A stretch of DNA of 64,000 nucleotides from Cycas panzhihuaensis (lineage: Eukaryota; Plantae; Cycadophyta), in assembly GCA_023213395.1 (NCBI GenBank), contig CM041465.1:74531741-74595740 (forward strand), written 5' to 3'. The translations under genes and the position numbers were made by a program. Position 1 is the first letter of the stretch; each line of letters opens with the position of its first letter. The notes under the pieces were generated by a model that was given only the letters and a program-made list of their open reading frames with translations, was not told the origin of the DNA and ran no database searches. This document shows positions 1-13,895 of this stretch, one piece after another.

Positions 1-535
1 GTTTTTCAAAAGATGTTGAGTTAGTTACTCTGGTGATAATCAAGTTGTTGACTAAATTTTCAAAAGATTTTAGAACTTTATTTAGGGTGAGTTGAATAAG
101 ATCTTTGTATTTAATCTCTTCCCTTATTACAACTAAGTCCCCCTAAATTTCTTTTAACTAAGTTATAAAATTTGTCATATTACCTCCTCCTTTCATTTTG
201 GTATTATATAATTATTCTTTTAAATACACAACTCTAGCTACATTTTTCTATTAAAATATTAAATCTAATCTAGTCCATACATCATTAGCATTAATAGCAT
301 CTACAATATGAGTAAGAACCAAATCTACAATAGACAATATAATGATAATTAAAGCATACTTGCCTTTTTCTTCCCATATGGTTGCATTATCAACATCTAT
401 AGATTTAGCCTCATTTTCAGTGATGGTTTTCAAAGGTCCTTTAGCAATTAAAATTCTTCTTATTTTTGCCTCTTAGGAACTATAATTATCCCTTTTCAAT
501 TTGTCATCTTCTAAGAGGTAATAAGTTAATGTCAT
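1..535 (-). pseudogene. gag: Ty1/copia gag N-terminal fragment (element continues off the left edge)
   Basis: Minus strand from ATG at 535 reads MTLTYYLLEDDKLKRDNYSS*EAKIRRILIAKG...VDAINANDVWTRLDLIF, a copia gag N-terminus with premature stops; includes ORF 251..433. Confidence 0.75.
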
Positions 536-778
536 TATGAACAAAAGATAAGAATAAAAATATTAATTAGTTGGATTTATCCTAATTTATACGATTGTAC
601 AGATTTTAGGGTTTTATAAGCAAGAAAATAGAATTTATCTTATATCAAAGCTTATCTTGACATTTTTGCAAATATACAATTTTTTTCTAATTGGAAGTTT
701 GGTTGAAAAGTTATACCCAAAAAATGGTCCAACTAGTAGTTAATACTTTTTGGTTTTTTTCTTGTATTTTTTCATACA

Positions 779-1062
779 TATCAAAATAATGCCCATATTA
801 GGGCTCATATATACCTTAGGGAGATTATACTCATTAGGGTGATAACCTAGATTAACAAAGATATTGTGGTGGTAGCATGTTAGGTATTTGTCAATGCTAG
901 TCAGTGGTCAACTTTGAGAGGTGTGCCAAATCCCTCTCAGTCCTACTTACTTATTTATGGGGTCTTACGACCTTGGTGTTTATCAATAGTACCATCCTTA
1001 TGGATTGATGGTTCTCCCCTTCTTAGATTTCATTCTACTCTCTTTATCCCTTGATTCCATCA
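779..1062 (+). repeat. 5' LTR of element 1 (284 bp)
   Basis: Colinear with 12946-13229 (shared AGTGGTCAACTTTGAGAGGT and CCATCCTTATGGATTGATGGTTCTCCCCTTCTT); ends in CA, 5' TG decayed to TA. Confidence 0.9.
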
Positions 1063-3348
1063 TCCCTATTTATAGATCCATTATTCAAGTATTTAAATCT
1101 ATTTCTTAGGTCTTCAGAGCCACATTCAAGAAGCCATCTCTGGAGGAGTCTGTGAGAAGTCTACCACACACACTACTAGTATATGTATAATCTCTAGCCT
1201 TGTAAGACAATATTTTTTGAGTTTGTGATATATTGAGTATCTCTGCATTAGACTTAACATTCATGTCTTAACTCTCCATTGGTCATTTATGTATATATGT
1301 TACATCTTTGCATCGTCTCATTTACCCAAAGTCATTATGACTCCCACAACTTATTTTGTCCTGATATTTACAAATATCCATCCATCTAGCATATATTTAT
1401 ATATGTAAAATGTTTCAACTAATATATCTATTTGATTTTGATAGAGATATTCACAAAAGTTTGTTTCTCACTTGATTACGATTATGTGTACATGATCTCA
1501 ATGGGTCTATTTATTTTGTATGTCTCTTCATCTAATCTCTAGGCAAGTTTATTTGATCTAGGTACTTGACCAAGCTAATCTTTGAATTTATTTAACGAAG
1601 TCTCCTTATTATATCTTTTGTGAAGAGCAGTTGAAATTATTTTAAACTTCCTTATGTTGCATCCTTTAAATTGACCAAATATTTTTTGATTATGTCTATT
1701 AGTAATTATCCAATTGTTCCTCATTACCTAGTTATCTCTATGATTTTATCTATGCAAATTTAGATAATAGTTAATACATTTTTTATTATACTAGTAATAG
1801 TTGTGACCACCATCAAAGATTTTTATGGGTACAACTCTCAAACATATACCCTCCAAACTTGCCCTCATCAAACATATACCCTCTAAACTCTATAGCTTTT
1901 AGTTCATCATCATCAAAATCTATAATTATCTTTTTTTGCAAGACATTCTTTTTCAACACCTCAAGAGTCTCATTGAGCTTATCGAAGGTTGAAAGAGGAC
2001 TTGACTCTTGGTTGGGTTGTCTAAAATTCTTATTGAATATCTTAATAATCATTTATATCTTCTCTTCAATAAAAGGGTTTCTTAAATAACCTGAAGTGAT
2101 TAATAAGCATAAAATTAAGAACACTTTGAATTGAATCTAGTTGATAGAAATACAAAGGACTTGGCTACAATAGGAGAAATAAGAAGTCAAAGTCTCTACA
2201 CATGGAACAAGCAAGGGAACTCTCTGCACATCAAAGTCTCTACAAGTGAGAAGTCGAAGTCTCATATCCATCAATAGTTACGCTTCTCTCTAATGACCAT
2301 ATACAAACTAGTATATGGACCCATCTATGTGGAGTTTATTTCTATACATTTTATAAAATACTTATTGTTATATTCAAATAATTACTTGCACCCATCATTA
2401 TATATTTATAACTATAGAGAAATATTTATACATCAATATTAAACATTTGTGTTTTTTTTCTTTTTTCATTGTAAGTATTTAATTAATTAGACACCATTAT
2501 TATTTTATTGATCGGTTATTAATTGATTATGTTATTGACCATAACATCATCTTTTTTTACAAAATTATTTAGTGATTTAATTAGATTAGATTAAGATTTA
2601 GAGTCCATTATCCCCTTAGTAGTTAAGCTCTTAATTTTGTGTAGTGTTAATATGATCAGTAGTTACTCTAATTAAGGAGCCAATTTCTTTTTCAAAAGGC
2701 TATTTCAAAAACTAGTATCTATTTCTACTTTATCAATAATATCTATCACCAATAGAGTCTATTTTTAGTTTTGGCAATTTTAAGGTGTTCTACACTTCCA
2801 CCTAAACGAAATTAGTGGTCACATGACTATGTTTGGTCTTCATTTGATAAAATTTTCAATGATTAAAAATTGATAAAAGTTTTCTTTATGATTCATATAC
2901 TAAAGGATTGTTTATTCCTTTTTGACCTCCTTATACCTTTTAACATATAACTTTGTTTATTTTAATTTAGAACTAAGTGTCATTTGAGGCATTGGGTTCT
3001 TATTTCAATCCACTATTAAGTGGTAAATATTTTAATTTTTTTAAAAGTTATTTGATATAATATTTTAATGACTAAAGTTGATGCTAGTTTTGAGCTTCCT
3101 GTGAGATAACCCTTGAATAATCCAATAAAATTTCAGTTTGTAAACATCATTAAGACGAAAAAAAAACTTAGTTTGGAGGAAGTTAAGTCTCAATTGGGAT
3201 ACTTATACAAGTCTTAAAGTTGACGTGGGATAAGTCTTTCTTATTTTTTAAGTACTTTTATTACCTTCTTTTAAGTATTTTTTTAATATTTCTTTTCAAG
3301 TACTTTACCTTTTCAAATAGTTATTTTTTAATGTAATTTTTTCTCATT

Positions 3349-5704
3349 ATGGCCTTAAGTGTTAGTAATGTAATAATGTCAAAGTTTGATGGTACTAACT
3401 TTCTAAATTAGAGTAGATGAATGAAACCCATTTTTGTATCCAAGGGTATATGGGAATTAATTGAAATAGGTTATGGAGCACTTATTGTAAATGCTATCAA
3501 AGATAAAAAGAATATCTTTAAGGAGAATAAAAATCAAAACAATGAAGCTTTGGTATTTATCTTCTACACTTTGAAGGATCATGTTTTTTCAAGAGTGAGT
3601 GAAGCATCCACATCAAAGGAAGCATGGGACGTATTAAAGACCACTTATGAAAGAATAACTATATTAAAATTTCAAACATTAAGAAGCAAGTCTAAGAACT
3701 CTAGAATAAATAATAATAAGAGAGTAAATAACTTCATCATAAAAGTATAAGGCCTAGTTAATTAAATGAATCCCTTAGGAGAAGTAATAAGTGAGTAAAT
3801 AGTAGTTGAAAAGATTTTGAGATATGTAAGTGACATAAAAGGATTTAAGATAGTTATTATAAGTATTGAGGTCTCTAAGGACCTAAGTGCTATTAATATA
3901 GATCAATTGAGTGTAATGTTGCTACCTATAAAAGAGAAAAATGGGGGAAGTGAGTTTCTAAAGTATGCATTTGCCACCAAGGCAAAAATTAGGCTTATAT
4001 TTCAATGTCAAAGTTCTAGGGAAAGAGGACAATCCACTCGAGGAAGAAGTCAACAACTTAGAAATCAAAACTATTTTCAAAGATAAGATCAAACTTATCA
4101 AAGTTAAAGTCATCATAAAAGACAAGGTCCAAGTCACCTCTATTAAGGGTGAAATTAATTTTAAGGACAAAAATATTTTCAAGATCAATTCAATCAAGGC
4201 TAAGGACAAAATGTTTTACCTCAAGAAAGAGGTAGGGGTCAAAGTCCTAGGGTAGAAACTAAGGACAAAGAGGAAGAAGTCTTAAGTATAGAGGAATAAT
4301 CCAATGTTCTTATTATCATAGAAATGGACACTTAGGATAAAATTACTTTACAAAAAGATCAAATTTACAAAGGAGAAATGGTAATACAATTATTAAAGAA
4401 AGGTAAGATAAGAGATTATTTCTATCAAGTTTAATAGCAAATAAGGAAAAAGATAGTTGGTACATAGATTCAAGCTATTCTACCCATATGACACATAGAG
4501 AAGAATGGTTTAGAGAATTTGACACACCAAAAGAAATAAGACTATATTAAGTGATAATACCACTAAAGATGTAGTTAGTAAAAGGAATGTGTCTATACAA
4601 ATATATTTTGGTAAAATAAGGTGTATTAATGATGTGCTTCATGTCCCAATATTTAAGAAAAATTTACTATCAATTAGATAGATGGTAGAGAAAAAATACA
4701 AGATAATCTTTTATAATAGGAAATGCACTATCAAAGATAAACTAAGGAACAAAGCAATAGTCACTAAAGGATAAATGACTAGTAATAGATTATTCAAACT
4801 AGTTATTCCTCCAACAAATTATTATGCCTTGAAGACTTTAATCAATGTAGAGAGTAAAATATGGTATAAAAGACTTGCCCATGTGAACTATAATTGTTTG
4901 TCCTTAATGAAAAAAATGGACATGGTGATTGGGCTACCCAATACCGAACATAACAAAGAAATATATGAAGGATGTATACTTAGAAAACAACAAAGGGAAG
5001 GATTCTATAATAAAAGATATAGGGCAAATAGGCCTATTTACTTAGTATACATAGATTTATATGGTCTAATAGATGTGGCATTACTTAGAGGAGCTAAGTA
5101 TTTTATAATATTTATTGATAATTTCATAAGGATAACTTGGGTCTACTTTCTCAAGTTTAAGTTAGATGCACTTCAATGCTTTAATAATTTTAGGCATATA
5201 GTTGAAAGAAAAAGTGGACTTCAAATTTTGACTCTAAGATTAGACAATGAAGGAAATTTTATTTCAAATGAATTTAAAGATTACTACAGATATTTTAGAA
5301 TACAAAAATATATCATAAATATTTACATCTCTTAACAAAATAGGGTTACTAAAAGAAAGAATAGAATAATTATTGAAATAGTAAGAAGAATGCTAAAGGA
5401 CAAGTATCTAAGAAATGAATATTAGATAGAAGCTATATACATAACTGTCTATTTCTAGAACAAGTGTACCACTAAACTAATTAGATGGATTACACCAGAA
5501 GAAGCTTATATTGGTTATAAGCTAAGTATTAAACATATAATAATTTTTAGTGTATAGCTTATGTACATGCACAAGATTAAAGGAGGATGAAATTAAATGA
5601 TAGAAGTATCAAACGTATATTTATAGGATATAATGACTCTTCTAGATCTTATAGACTTCATGATAAAAAAAAAAGGATTATTATAAGTAGGAATTTCATC
5701 TTCA
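3349..5704 (+). pseudogene. gag-pol: copia gag-protease-integrase of element 1 (disrupted)
   Basis: MALSVSNVIMSKFDGTNFLN*SR*MKPIF..., decayed zinc knuckle, WYIDSS protease motif, WYKRLAHVN GAG-pre-integrase, rve core (ORF 4775..5335). Confidence 0.9.
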
Positions 5705-8700
5705 TTTATTCAAAATACAAACTATGAAAGGTCAACTCAACCTCAATCAAAATTCAAATGCACATAGATTGCATCAATAGTGTATATCATATCGTAATTA
5801 TAAAAAGTATTCCCTTTGACTCAAAGTGAGTTAGTTGACTTTCATATGTCTAAGTACCTAGACATAAAATATATATTAAGAGTGGTGAAACAAGAACATT
5901 CATCAACTTAATCTTATTTAAAATGACACTTGAGACAATGATCTTTATTATGAATTAGATATCCGCATAACACTTAAGCATGTTGGAACATCCTCACTTA
6001 AAAACTAGGTCCTCAAAGTCGGCCTAGATAACATGTCCAAACTTGAGACATCCTCGCCACTCCCTCTCCTCGCTACACACTAGTTTTCCCCTGCTATTAT
6101 CTGCCCCGCCTTCGCACCCTTCACAGAGCTGTTCCGCCCATTGACACGCAGACCACTCCTGCAACCGGGCCTCACTGCCTCCGTCTCTGGCCAAGGCCGC
6201 CTCCGCCCAGTGCACCGCCACGTGTACCCGCCGCCGCCGGTGACCCGCGCCTCAGTATTCTCCCCAGCCGCGCCGCCGCCGTTCCGCCTCGCCGCTGGTC
6301 GCGTACATCGGCGCGGTCGCCCGCCCTTCGCACAGCGCCTCTGCCGCCACGCCCGCTGGACCCGCCCGCCTCAACGCGATGCGTGGGGCCGACCAAGCTC
6401 GCACTACATGGACTCGCGCCGCCGCGATCTGCGCCGGCCCGCGTCTCATTCGCCCTCCGCCGCTGCCGGCTGCCGCCGCCGCCTTGACTAATCGATCTGA
6501 CTCCACCTTCGACCGTGCCTTTATATTAACCTTTATTAATAAGATAAATGACTGCTTATGCACTTTTTATGCCGGACGCCTTTCATTGCCTCTGGCTTTT
6601 ATCGTCGCTCATATATTACGAAGATTTTGCCGCGCATTTGATCGGCCTATAACTATTTGTACGACCGTGTTTAACATGTGATACTTAATTACTTTCACTA
6701 TTTATCGTAGTGGGTCTTAAATATATGATCTTTAATCTATCGATATACCAGGCTTTTACTTTTGATTATTTGTAATATGATTTATACTCTTTTCATTTCA
6801 TTATCTTCTGTCAATACGACCCATATTTATCATTTTTATATTTTATTTTTTAAACTCATTTGCTGCGTTCGTTCAATTATTTTATTGATTATTTCTGCCA
6901 TTTTACTATCTACAATTTTCACTCATTAGAAATTAAACAAATAAGTATCTCATTTTCTCTGTATTTAAAGAGCATTTTAATGTATTTTTTTTTTTGCTTA
7001 TTTTTTTGTGTACTTTATCGTACTTACTTTGTTGGTTTCACGCTTTTTGATTTTTTGGTGGTCATACACAAGTTTATTTTTCACATTTTACAATTTAGAC
7101 CAATTTTAAAATCAATTTTTTTTTTTAACTTTTAAATTTTTAAAATTTTTTTCCATTATAAGGTTTATGTTTTTTTTCCATATTTTTTTTTTTATGTTTT
7201 TTGGATTTTTCAGTATAAACTCTCGCTCCCTGGAAAATTTTTTTTCATTCATATAGCTTCCGTGACCATAAAATTTTGTAGATAAATTTAAGCCTCACCC
7301 CTTTTTAACATTTTATTTTTAAACCTTTATATTTTTAACATTTTGGCCATCATTTTTTGCTTCTTGCATTTTTCATTATAAATTTTTTCTGCTTTCATTT
7401 GAATTTTGTATATTACATTTTATATATATTTTATTTTTTTAAATAATTTTACTTTTTTTTTAATTTTCTTTTTTTCTTTTATTTTTTTGAAATAAAATTT
7501 TTTTTTTGATTTTTTCTAATTTCGCCATTCTTCTTTTTTTAAACTTTATTTTTTTTTTTTATTTAATCATTTTATTACTTTCAATTTTTCTTTTACCCAA
7601 TTTTTTTTGACTTTTTTCTCTTTAATTAATTATTTTTATTTTAAATATATTTTTTTATTTTCTTTTTCTGATTCATTTCCATATTTTTATTGGTTATTTT
7701 TTTATTTCACCTTTTTTTCATTTTTATTCATTTAAATATTTTTCTAATTTTTTTCGTTATATTCTTTTAATTTTATTTATCATTTTTTTTTTTATATTTT
7801 TTCTAACTTTTAATGATTTCATTTTATATTTTTTTTATTTTAATTTTTACATATTCTGCTATATTTTAGGAACATCTTTTTGCAATTTAATTAAATTGGT
7901 CTATTTTGTACATTTTTCAACCTTTTCTAATCATTTTACTTTTTTTTTACATTCAATTCATATCATCATATTTCATCAATTTAGCTTTATTTTTACATTC
8001 ACTACTATATCATTCAAAAATTGTTTCTATATTCAATCCTTAAAACCGCCTTCCTTATTTCAAAATTTTTCAATTTTCTATATTTTTATATCATATTATT
8101 ATTTATTATATCTACCGATATTAATACACTATTATATTTAGATTTTATTAATTTTCAATAATCATATTTTCTTAATTATAAGCTAATTCGATTTAGACAT
8201 TTTCTCTATATTTTCAATACATATCTTATTTCTTATTATTACATTTGGTTTCTGATTAAAATTTCACTATATTTCGACAATGACCTCATAACGAATGCAT
8301 GACTTCTCATAATAAAAATATTTGATCTATTAAAAAATTACTAGAAAAAATAACAAAATGTGACCTTAAAAAAAAAATGAATGTAGCAGTAAAAAAAAAA
8401 AAAATAACTAAAAAAAAAGAAACAATATAATAAAAAAAAAACGAAAAAATCAAATCTATATAAAAAATCAACTTGAATGTCAAGTAAAAGCTGAAATTTA
8501 AATAAATTTATCAAAAAAGTAAAAAATATTGAAAATAAACTAAAAAATGATATCGAAGAAATTTACTTGAAAATAAATATAGAATATATAAAACTTCAAA
8601 ACATGAATAAATAGAATATAAAAATATATTAAAAGATAAAAAAATAAAAAAAAATAAAAATCAGTTAAAGAAGAGGAAATAAAAGAAAATACAGCTCAAC

Positions 8701-11139
8701 AATAATAAAAATGCCGAAATAATAAAAGAAACTAAGTAAAATTTCGATAAAAAATCTAGTGCTAAAAATTGCGGAAAGAAAAAAGAATCAAAGAGATCAA
8801 AATAATAAAATCCAAGCATTGCAAACCGCTTGTATCATCATATATTAAAATTAACAATAAAAATACATATAGATACATGCTGAACAAAGGCAACATATAT
8901 ATCAGATAAGAAGAAATAGTTTCAAACAGATCAATAACACACAGGTCGTACCAGTTACAATAAAAAGTAGTTGGTGAGCCAAGGTTAGAACCTTTGGGAT
9001 AGGTACTTAGTCCATTGCGGAAATACACAACCATTAACAATTCAAATCAATAACTCAATAATACTAACTTAACTCCTTGTAATAATAAACACTAACTAAA
9101 CCGACTCAACCAAATCAACTTACTCATACCTTATCTAAATAGGTATTGAGGGAGCACAGAGTCAATATGACAAGTTAACCTTGAGACATTAACCCAAGTA
9201 ATGTTTACACATCTTTTCCTGAAATAGTAAACGGTACTTGAATGAAACTAAACCTCCTCGAACTAACTTACGATGAATTGAAAACTTCTCAAACTTTAAA
9301 AACTTGGTCTCTTTCTTATAATGTAAAATGATGAGAAAGCTATATAATGAAAAAACTATGTAGATGAATAAGAAATTAATACGAAGATGAAACTTTTTTA
9401 CTTTGAATTGAAAAAATGATTGAAATATCACATGAATTTATCATTCTTCGACTTGAACTATGTCATCCTTATTTTCGGGTTATCACCTGGTCATCGCTTC
9501 ATGATGCCCTCAGTATAGGTACATGAAAGGATCGAAACCCGTTTTTGAGGTTCAAAATTCTGATCTGCTTGCTTGTGATCTTTTGCTGCTGATCCAATGC
9601 TCATCAATCACAAGTTCTTATCTCCCAAAAAGATAGAGGGACAACATTAAATAATATACTAGATGTTGTAAATTTAAAACAGATGAAAAGACATCATAAA
9701 CCAAATCAAACCAAATAAACCTAACATCAAATTATAAACCTTCTTTCTAAAATTTTCTTTAAAATTTTCTTCATCAAATTTCTCACATTTTTCAGGTCCT
9801 GTTTTAATAAAATACAAATAGTATGTGTCGTTGTAAATTGTGTCAAACCATAAGGAAAAGAAAAAATAAAGAAAATTATTGAATTAATCAATAATTTATG
9901 ATAAGAAAAAATGATAAGAAACCATGATAAAATCCAATATAAATAATGAAATAAATGAGATATAATAAAGAAAGGATTATATGAAAAATTTTCAAAGGAA
10001 TATTGTATTATATAATAAAAATTTTAAAAAGATTGAAAAAAGAATGTGTACCGATCGATACGAAAAAGAATGCCAAAAAAAAGCACAAAATGATCTCAAA
10101 TGTATTCTTCTCAAAAAATCAATAAATCTTTTCTTCTCAAAAATTTGAAAAAAAAAAAAAAAAAATATAGTTAATAAACAAAAAAAAATATAATGAAAAA
10201 TATGAATAAAAAAAAGCTAAAAAAATGACAAGCGTAAAAGCTCTAAAAAAGCATAAAATATCATAAAAATAATAAATATCGAAAAAAAAAAAAAACTTGT
10301 AACTTCAGAAACTTCCGATGTTCTTTCAAGAAATGATGTTTACAAAATAAGTAAAATCAAAAATAGGTAAAAAAAGGCTGTATAAATATAAAAAAGAATT
10401 TGAAATGGAAATAAATTGAAAAATAGAATAAAACTGAAATATAACTTGAATAAAAAATAACTTTTTGAAACCATAAATCTGAACCGAAGAAATCTAAATA
10501 GATCTAGAATAATATTTGTAGAAGCTCAACAAATATCAAAAATAAAAAAAAATATTGAATATATATATAGAACTTGCTAAAAAACCAATCTAGTATCTAT
10601 ATATTATATATTGCCAAAGAAAGAAATCACCAAGTGAGATCCTCGTTGCTCCTCAAAAAGCTTCCAGTGCAAGAAAATTCCACGTCTCCTTCAAAATGAT
10701 GGAAAATGACGGAGCCATAATAAATAAATGAAAAAAAATGAAAACATGCAAATAAAACAAAGTTAATAACATATAACAAAGTACAAACTAGTAATGCATA
10801 TCAATAAAGTATTGTATCACCCAATCAATATTATAACACATGAGAGCCTTGTTGTTCAATCCATCAGAGCAAAAGATCCATATTCCAAAAATCAAAGTAG
10901 GTGGGTGTAAAAGTCTAAAGACACCGTGGACCTTAACATTTATAGTTTATAGTTTTATAGGGAGGGAACCCCCCAACGAATTCAACAAACATAAAATAAT
11001 ATATACTTAACTAACAATATGAAAAAAACTCAACTTACCTTTAACTTACTTAACATAACATGTTGAACACATGTCTAAATTGAGGCACAATCGCCTCGGT
11101 AGGGTAAGAGGGAGTTGAGTGATGACATTACACCCAACA
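5705..11139. other. 5.4-kb insert in the integrase of element 1; low-complexity, scrambled sequence
   Basis: CTTCA duplicated at 5700-5704 and 11140-11144; removing the insert restores ISRNFIFKEDK; right end CCCAACA is LTR-like; interior is GC-rich, then T-rich, then A-rich with long homopolymers. Confidence 0.65.
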
Positions 11140-11144
11140 CTTCA

Positions 11145-12925
11145 AGGAAGATAAATTTTATTAAGAAGAAGTTGTTGAAAAAGATAGGGTAAAAATATCA
11201 TGATTGAAGTGGACTCAAACTCTAATGATACAAATATACCTAATATAAATAAAGTAGGACCCTCTACTTCAAATCAAAGATTCCCAAAATGGGTATAAAG
11301 GGCTCATAGCCCTCAAAATATCTTATACACTAACTTTAAGAGAAGAACTGTCAGACCTCAAAGGGTGAATTTTGTACTTATGACTCAAGTTATGGAGTCT
11401 AATGAGCCTCACAACTTTGAACAGGTAAATAATCAAGATGAATAGAAGAATGTAATGAGGGAAGAGTGCAATGCCTTAGTGGAAAATGACACATGGGAGT
11501 TAGTAAATATACCACTTAGTAAGAATTCTATTAGGACAAGATGGGTCTATAAGACTAAGTATAAATCTGATGGGTCTATTAATAAATATAAGGCAAGGTT
11601 AGTTGTAAAAGGCTATGCTCAAATTAAGGATATAGATTATAATAAGACATTTAAACCTATTGTAAAGTTAGAAATAGCCAGATTAATGAATACCTTAGCT
11701 ACATAATAAGATTTAATAGTCCATCAAATAGATGTGAAAAGTGCCTTCTTGAATGGTTATATAGATGAAGAAATTTATGCCAAATAATCTAAAGGATTTG
11801 AAGTTAAAAGAAAAGAAGACAAGGTATATAAGCTCAAAAAGGCCTTATATGGACTCAAGCAAGCACCTAGAGCATGGTACTCTAGGATTGATATATATTT
11901 CAAGGATAAAGGATTCTAAATAAGCCAATCAGTTCCTAATTTATGTATAAAATTAGAAGGAAGCTTAATACTAATTATAGACTTATATATAGATGACCTT
12001 GTATACACTGAGAATAGTGATCACTTTTCCAAAAGATTCAAGAAAGATATATGCAAAGAATTTAAGATAATAAATTTAGGACTAATGCATTATTTTTTAG
12101 GCATTAAAGTATGGCGAGATAAAAAAAGGATATTTGTCTCCCAAAGGAAATAGATATTGGATATATTATATAAGTTCAACATGAGTAGTTACAAGCCACT
12201 TACAACACCAGCAAAGATTGGGTTAAAATTGTCCAAGTTTGAGGAATTAAAATTAATTGATCTTACACTTTATAGGTAATTGATTAGGAGCCTAATTTAC
12301 TTGATTTCCACTCAACTAAATATCATGTATGCAGTTAGTATGGTTTCTAGATTAATATATAAGCCTAAGGTAAAACATTGGCAAGTAGCCAAAAGGATTC
12401 TTAGGTATCTCAAAGGTACTATTGGATATGGATTATATTACAGATCACTAGGGGACTATAAGTTGATTGGTTATATGGACTTAGACTAGATAGGTTATGT
12501 AGATGATAGTAAATCTACTTTAGAATATACATTCAATTTGGGTTTAGTAGAACTAGCATGGAGTTCAAAGAAGCAAGTAATAATATCTCTTTCTATTATA
12601 GAAGTAGAGTACAAAGTAGCCATAGTAGGAGCTTATGAGATAGTTTGGCCTAAAAGATTGCTTTAGGATTTATAAGAAGGATAAGTTGGTCCCATACAAT
12701 TGCTTTGTAATAATTAAATAACAATTTAGATGATAAAGAATTTGGTGTTTTATAGTAGGATAAAGAAAATTAAAATATAACATCACTTTATTAAAGAGTT
12801 GGTATAGTAAGGTAAGTTAGAATTAGTCTATTGCAATATAGAACAATAGGTTGTAGATATATTTACAAAGGCACTTGGTAAAATAAAGTTTGTTAAATTT
12901 AGAGATAAACTTAGAGTCTCCCCAA
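11145..12925 (+). pseudogene. pol: copia reverse transcriptase + RNase H of element 1 (disrupted)
   Basis: [60 protein letters not shown] motifs with many stops. Confidence 0.92.
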
Positions 12926-12945
12926 ATGGGGATTATAGGGAGAAA

Positions 12946-13229
12946 TGTTATAATAATGCCTATATTGGGGCTTGTACCCACCTTAGAGAGATTACTTATA
13001 TTAGGGTGATAGTTTAGATCAATAGAGATATTATGGAAGTAATATGTTAGGCTTTTATCAATGTTAGTTAGTGGTCAACTTTGAGAGGTATGCGAAATCC
13101 CTCTTAGTCATACTTATTTATTCATGGAATTTAATGACCTTGGTGTTTATCAATACCACCATCCTTATGGATTGATGGTTCTCCCCTTCTTGCATTTCAT
13201 TCTACTCCATTTATCCCATAATTCCATCA
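12946..13229 (+). repeat. 3' LTR of element 1 (284 bp)
   Basis: TG...CA termini, preceded by PPT AGGGAGAAA, matches 779-1062. Confidence 0.9.
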
Positions 13230-13895
13230 ATATAGTCATAAACATTCTTTGATTCTAGTACCAATGGATTTGTCCTAATGAGACCTTTCGTTTGAGACTA
13301 ATCTTATTAGCTAAAAATAATTTATTAAGAAAAAACAAGTCCTAAAGTGAATTCAGTCATACACCCTATTTGAGCTTGATTCTAGATTTTTTATTTAGAA
13401 TTTGAAAAATGTCCTTTAAGATAGATTTATCCTCTTATCGGGATTTATAAATAAGTAAAATTTCATGTCGATCTAGGCACATTAAAAAATTATATACATA
13501 ATCTCTATGTTTTATATCGTAAAATCTTCCTTGAAAAAAAAAAGTCCTTTATCTTTATTTTCTAAAATAAATATATTCTCTTATCTTTTTTAAAAATTTG
13601 AAGTCTTCTTAAATTATTACTTTAGAAAAAAATAATTTTTGTAGTGGTGAAGAGTTTCCTTAAGTATTAAATCAAGTCTCCAATATTTTGTCTTTTCAAT
13701 CCTTCTTTCTTTTGAACCCTAGAATAAAGTCTCCAGTCTTAACCTCTTCAATCTTCTTTTTTTTCAAACCCCAACTTGATCTAATACCATATAGAAAAAT
13801 AGAGTACATTCAAAAATAAAAATTGATAAAGGAACTAATTAGACTTATTTAATATAATAGAGGGAAGGTAGTTATGATATGTACTTATACCTAAT

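Larger units (their letters stand above)
779..13229 (+). mobile_element. Degenerate full-length Ty1/copia LTR retrotransposon (element 1) carrying internal insertions
   Basis: Paired LTRs 779-1062 and 12946-13229; TSD ATACA (774-778) / ATATA (13230-13234), one transition apart; purine tract before 12946; gag-PR-INT-RT-RH order. Confidence 0.9.

Noticed and set aside
6024-6681. Five overlapping GC-rich ORFs as a host gene
   Set aside because: Low-complexity Ala/Arg/Pro/Gly translations open on both strands simply because GC-rich DNA lacks stops; no domain; inside suspect sequence
6860-9431. Phe/Ile-rich ORFs resembling membrane or mitochondrial proteins
   Set aside because: Products of T-rich or A-rich low-complexity DNA; no conserved motif
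1171-13646. CACTA termini (CACTACTAG at 1171; GTAGTG ends at 2646 and 13646)
   Set aside because: No matching extended TIR pair with a 3-bp TSD and no transposase seen; 13646 could be an isolated end but is unsupported
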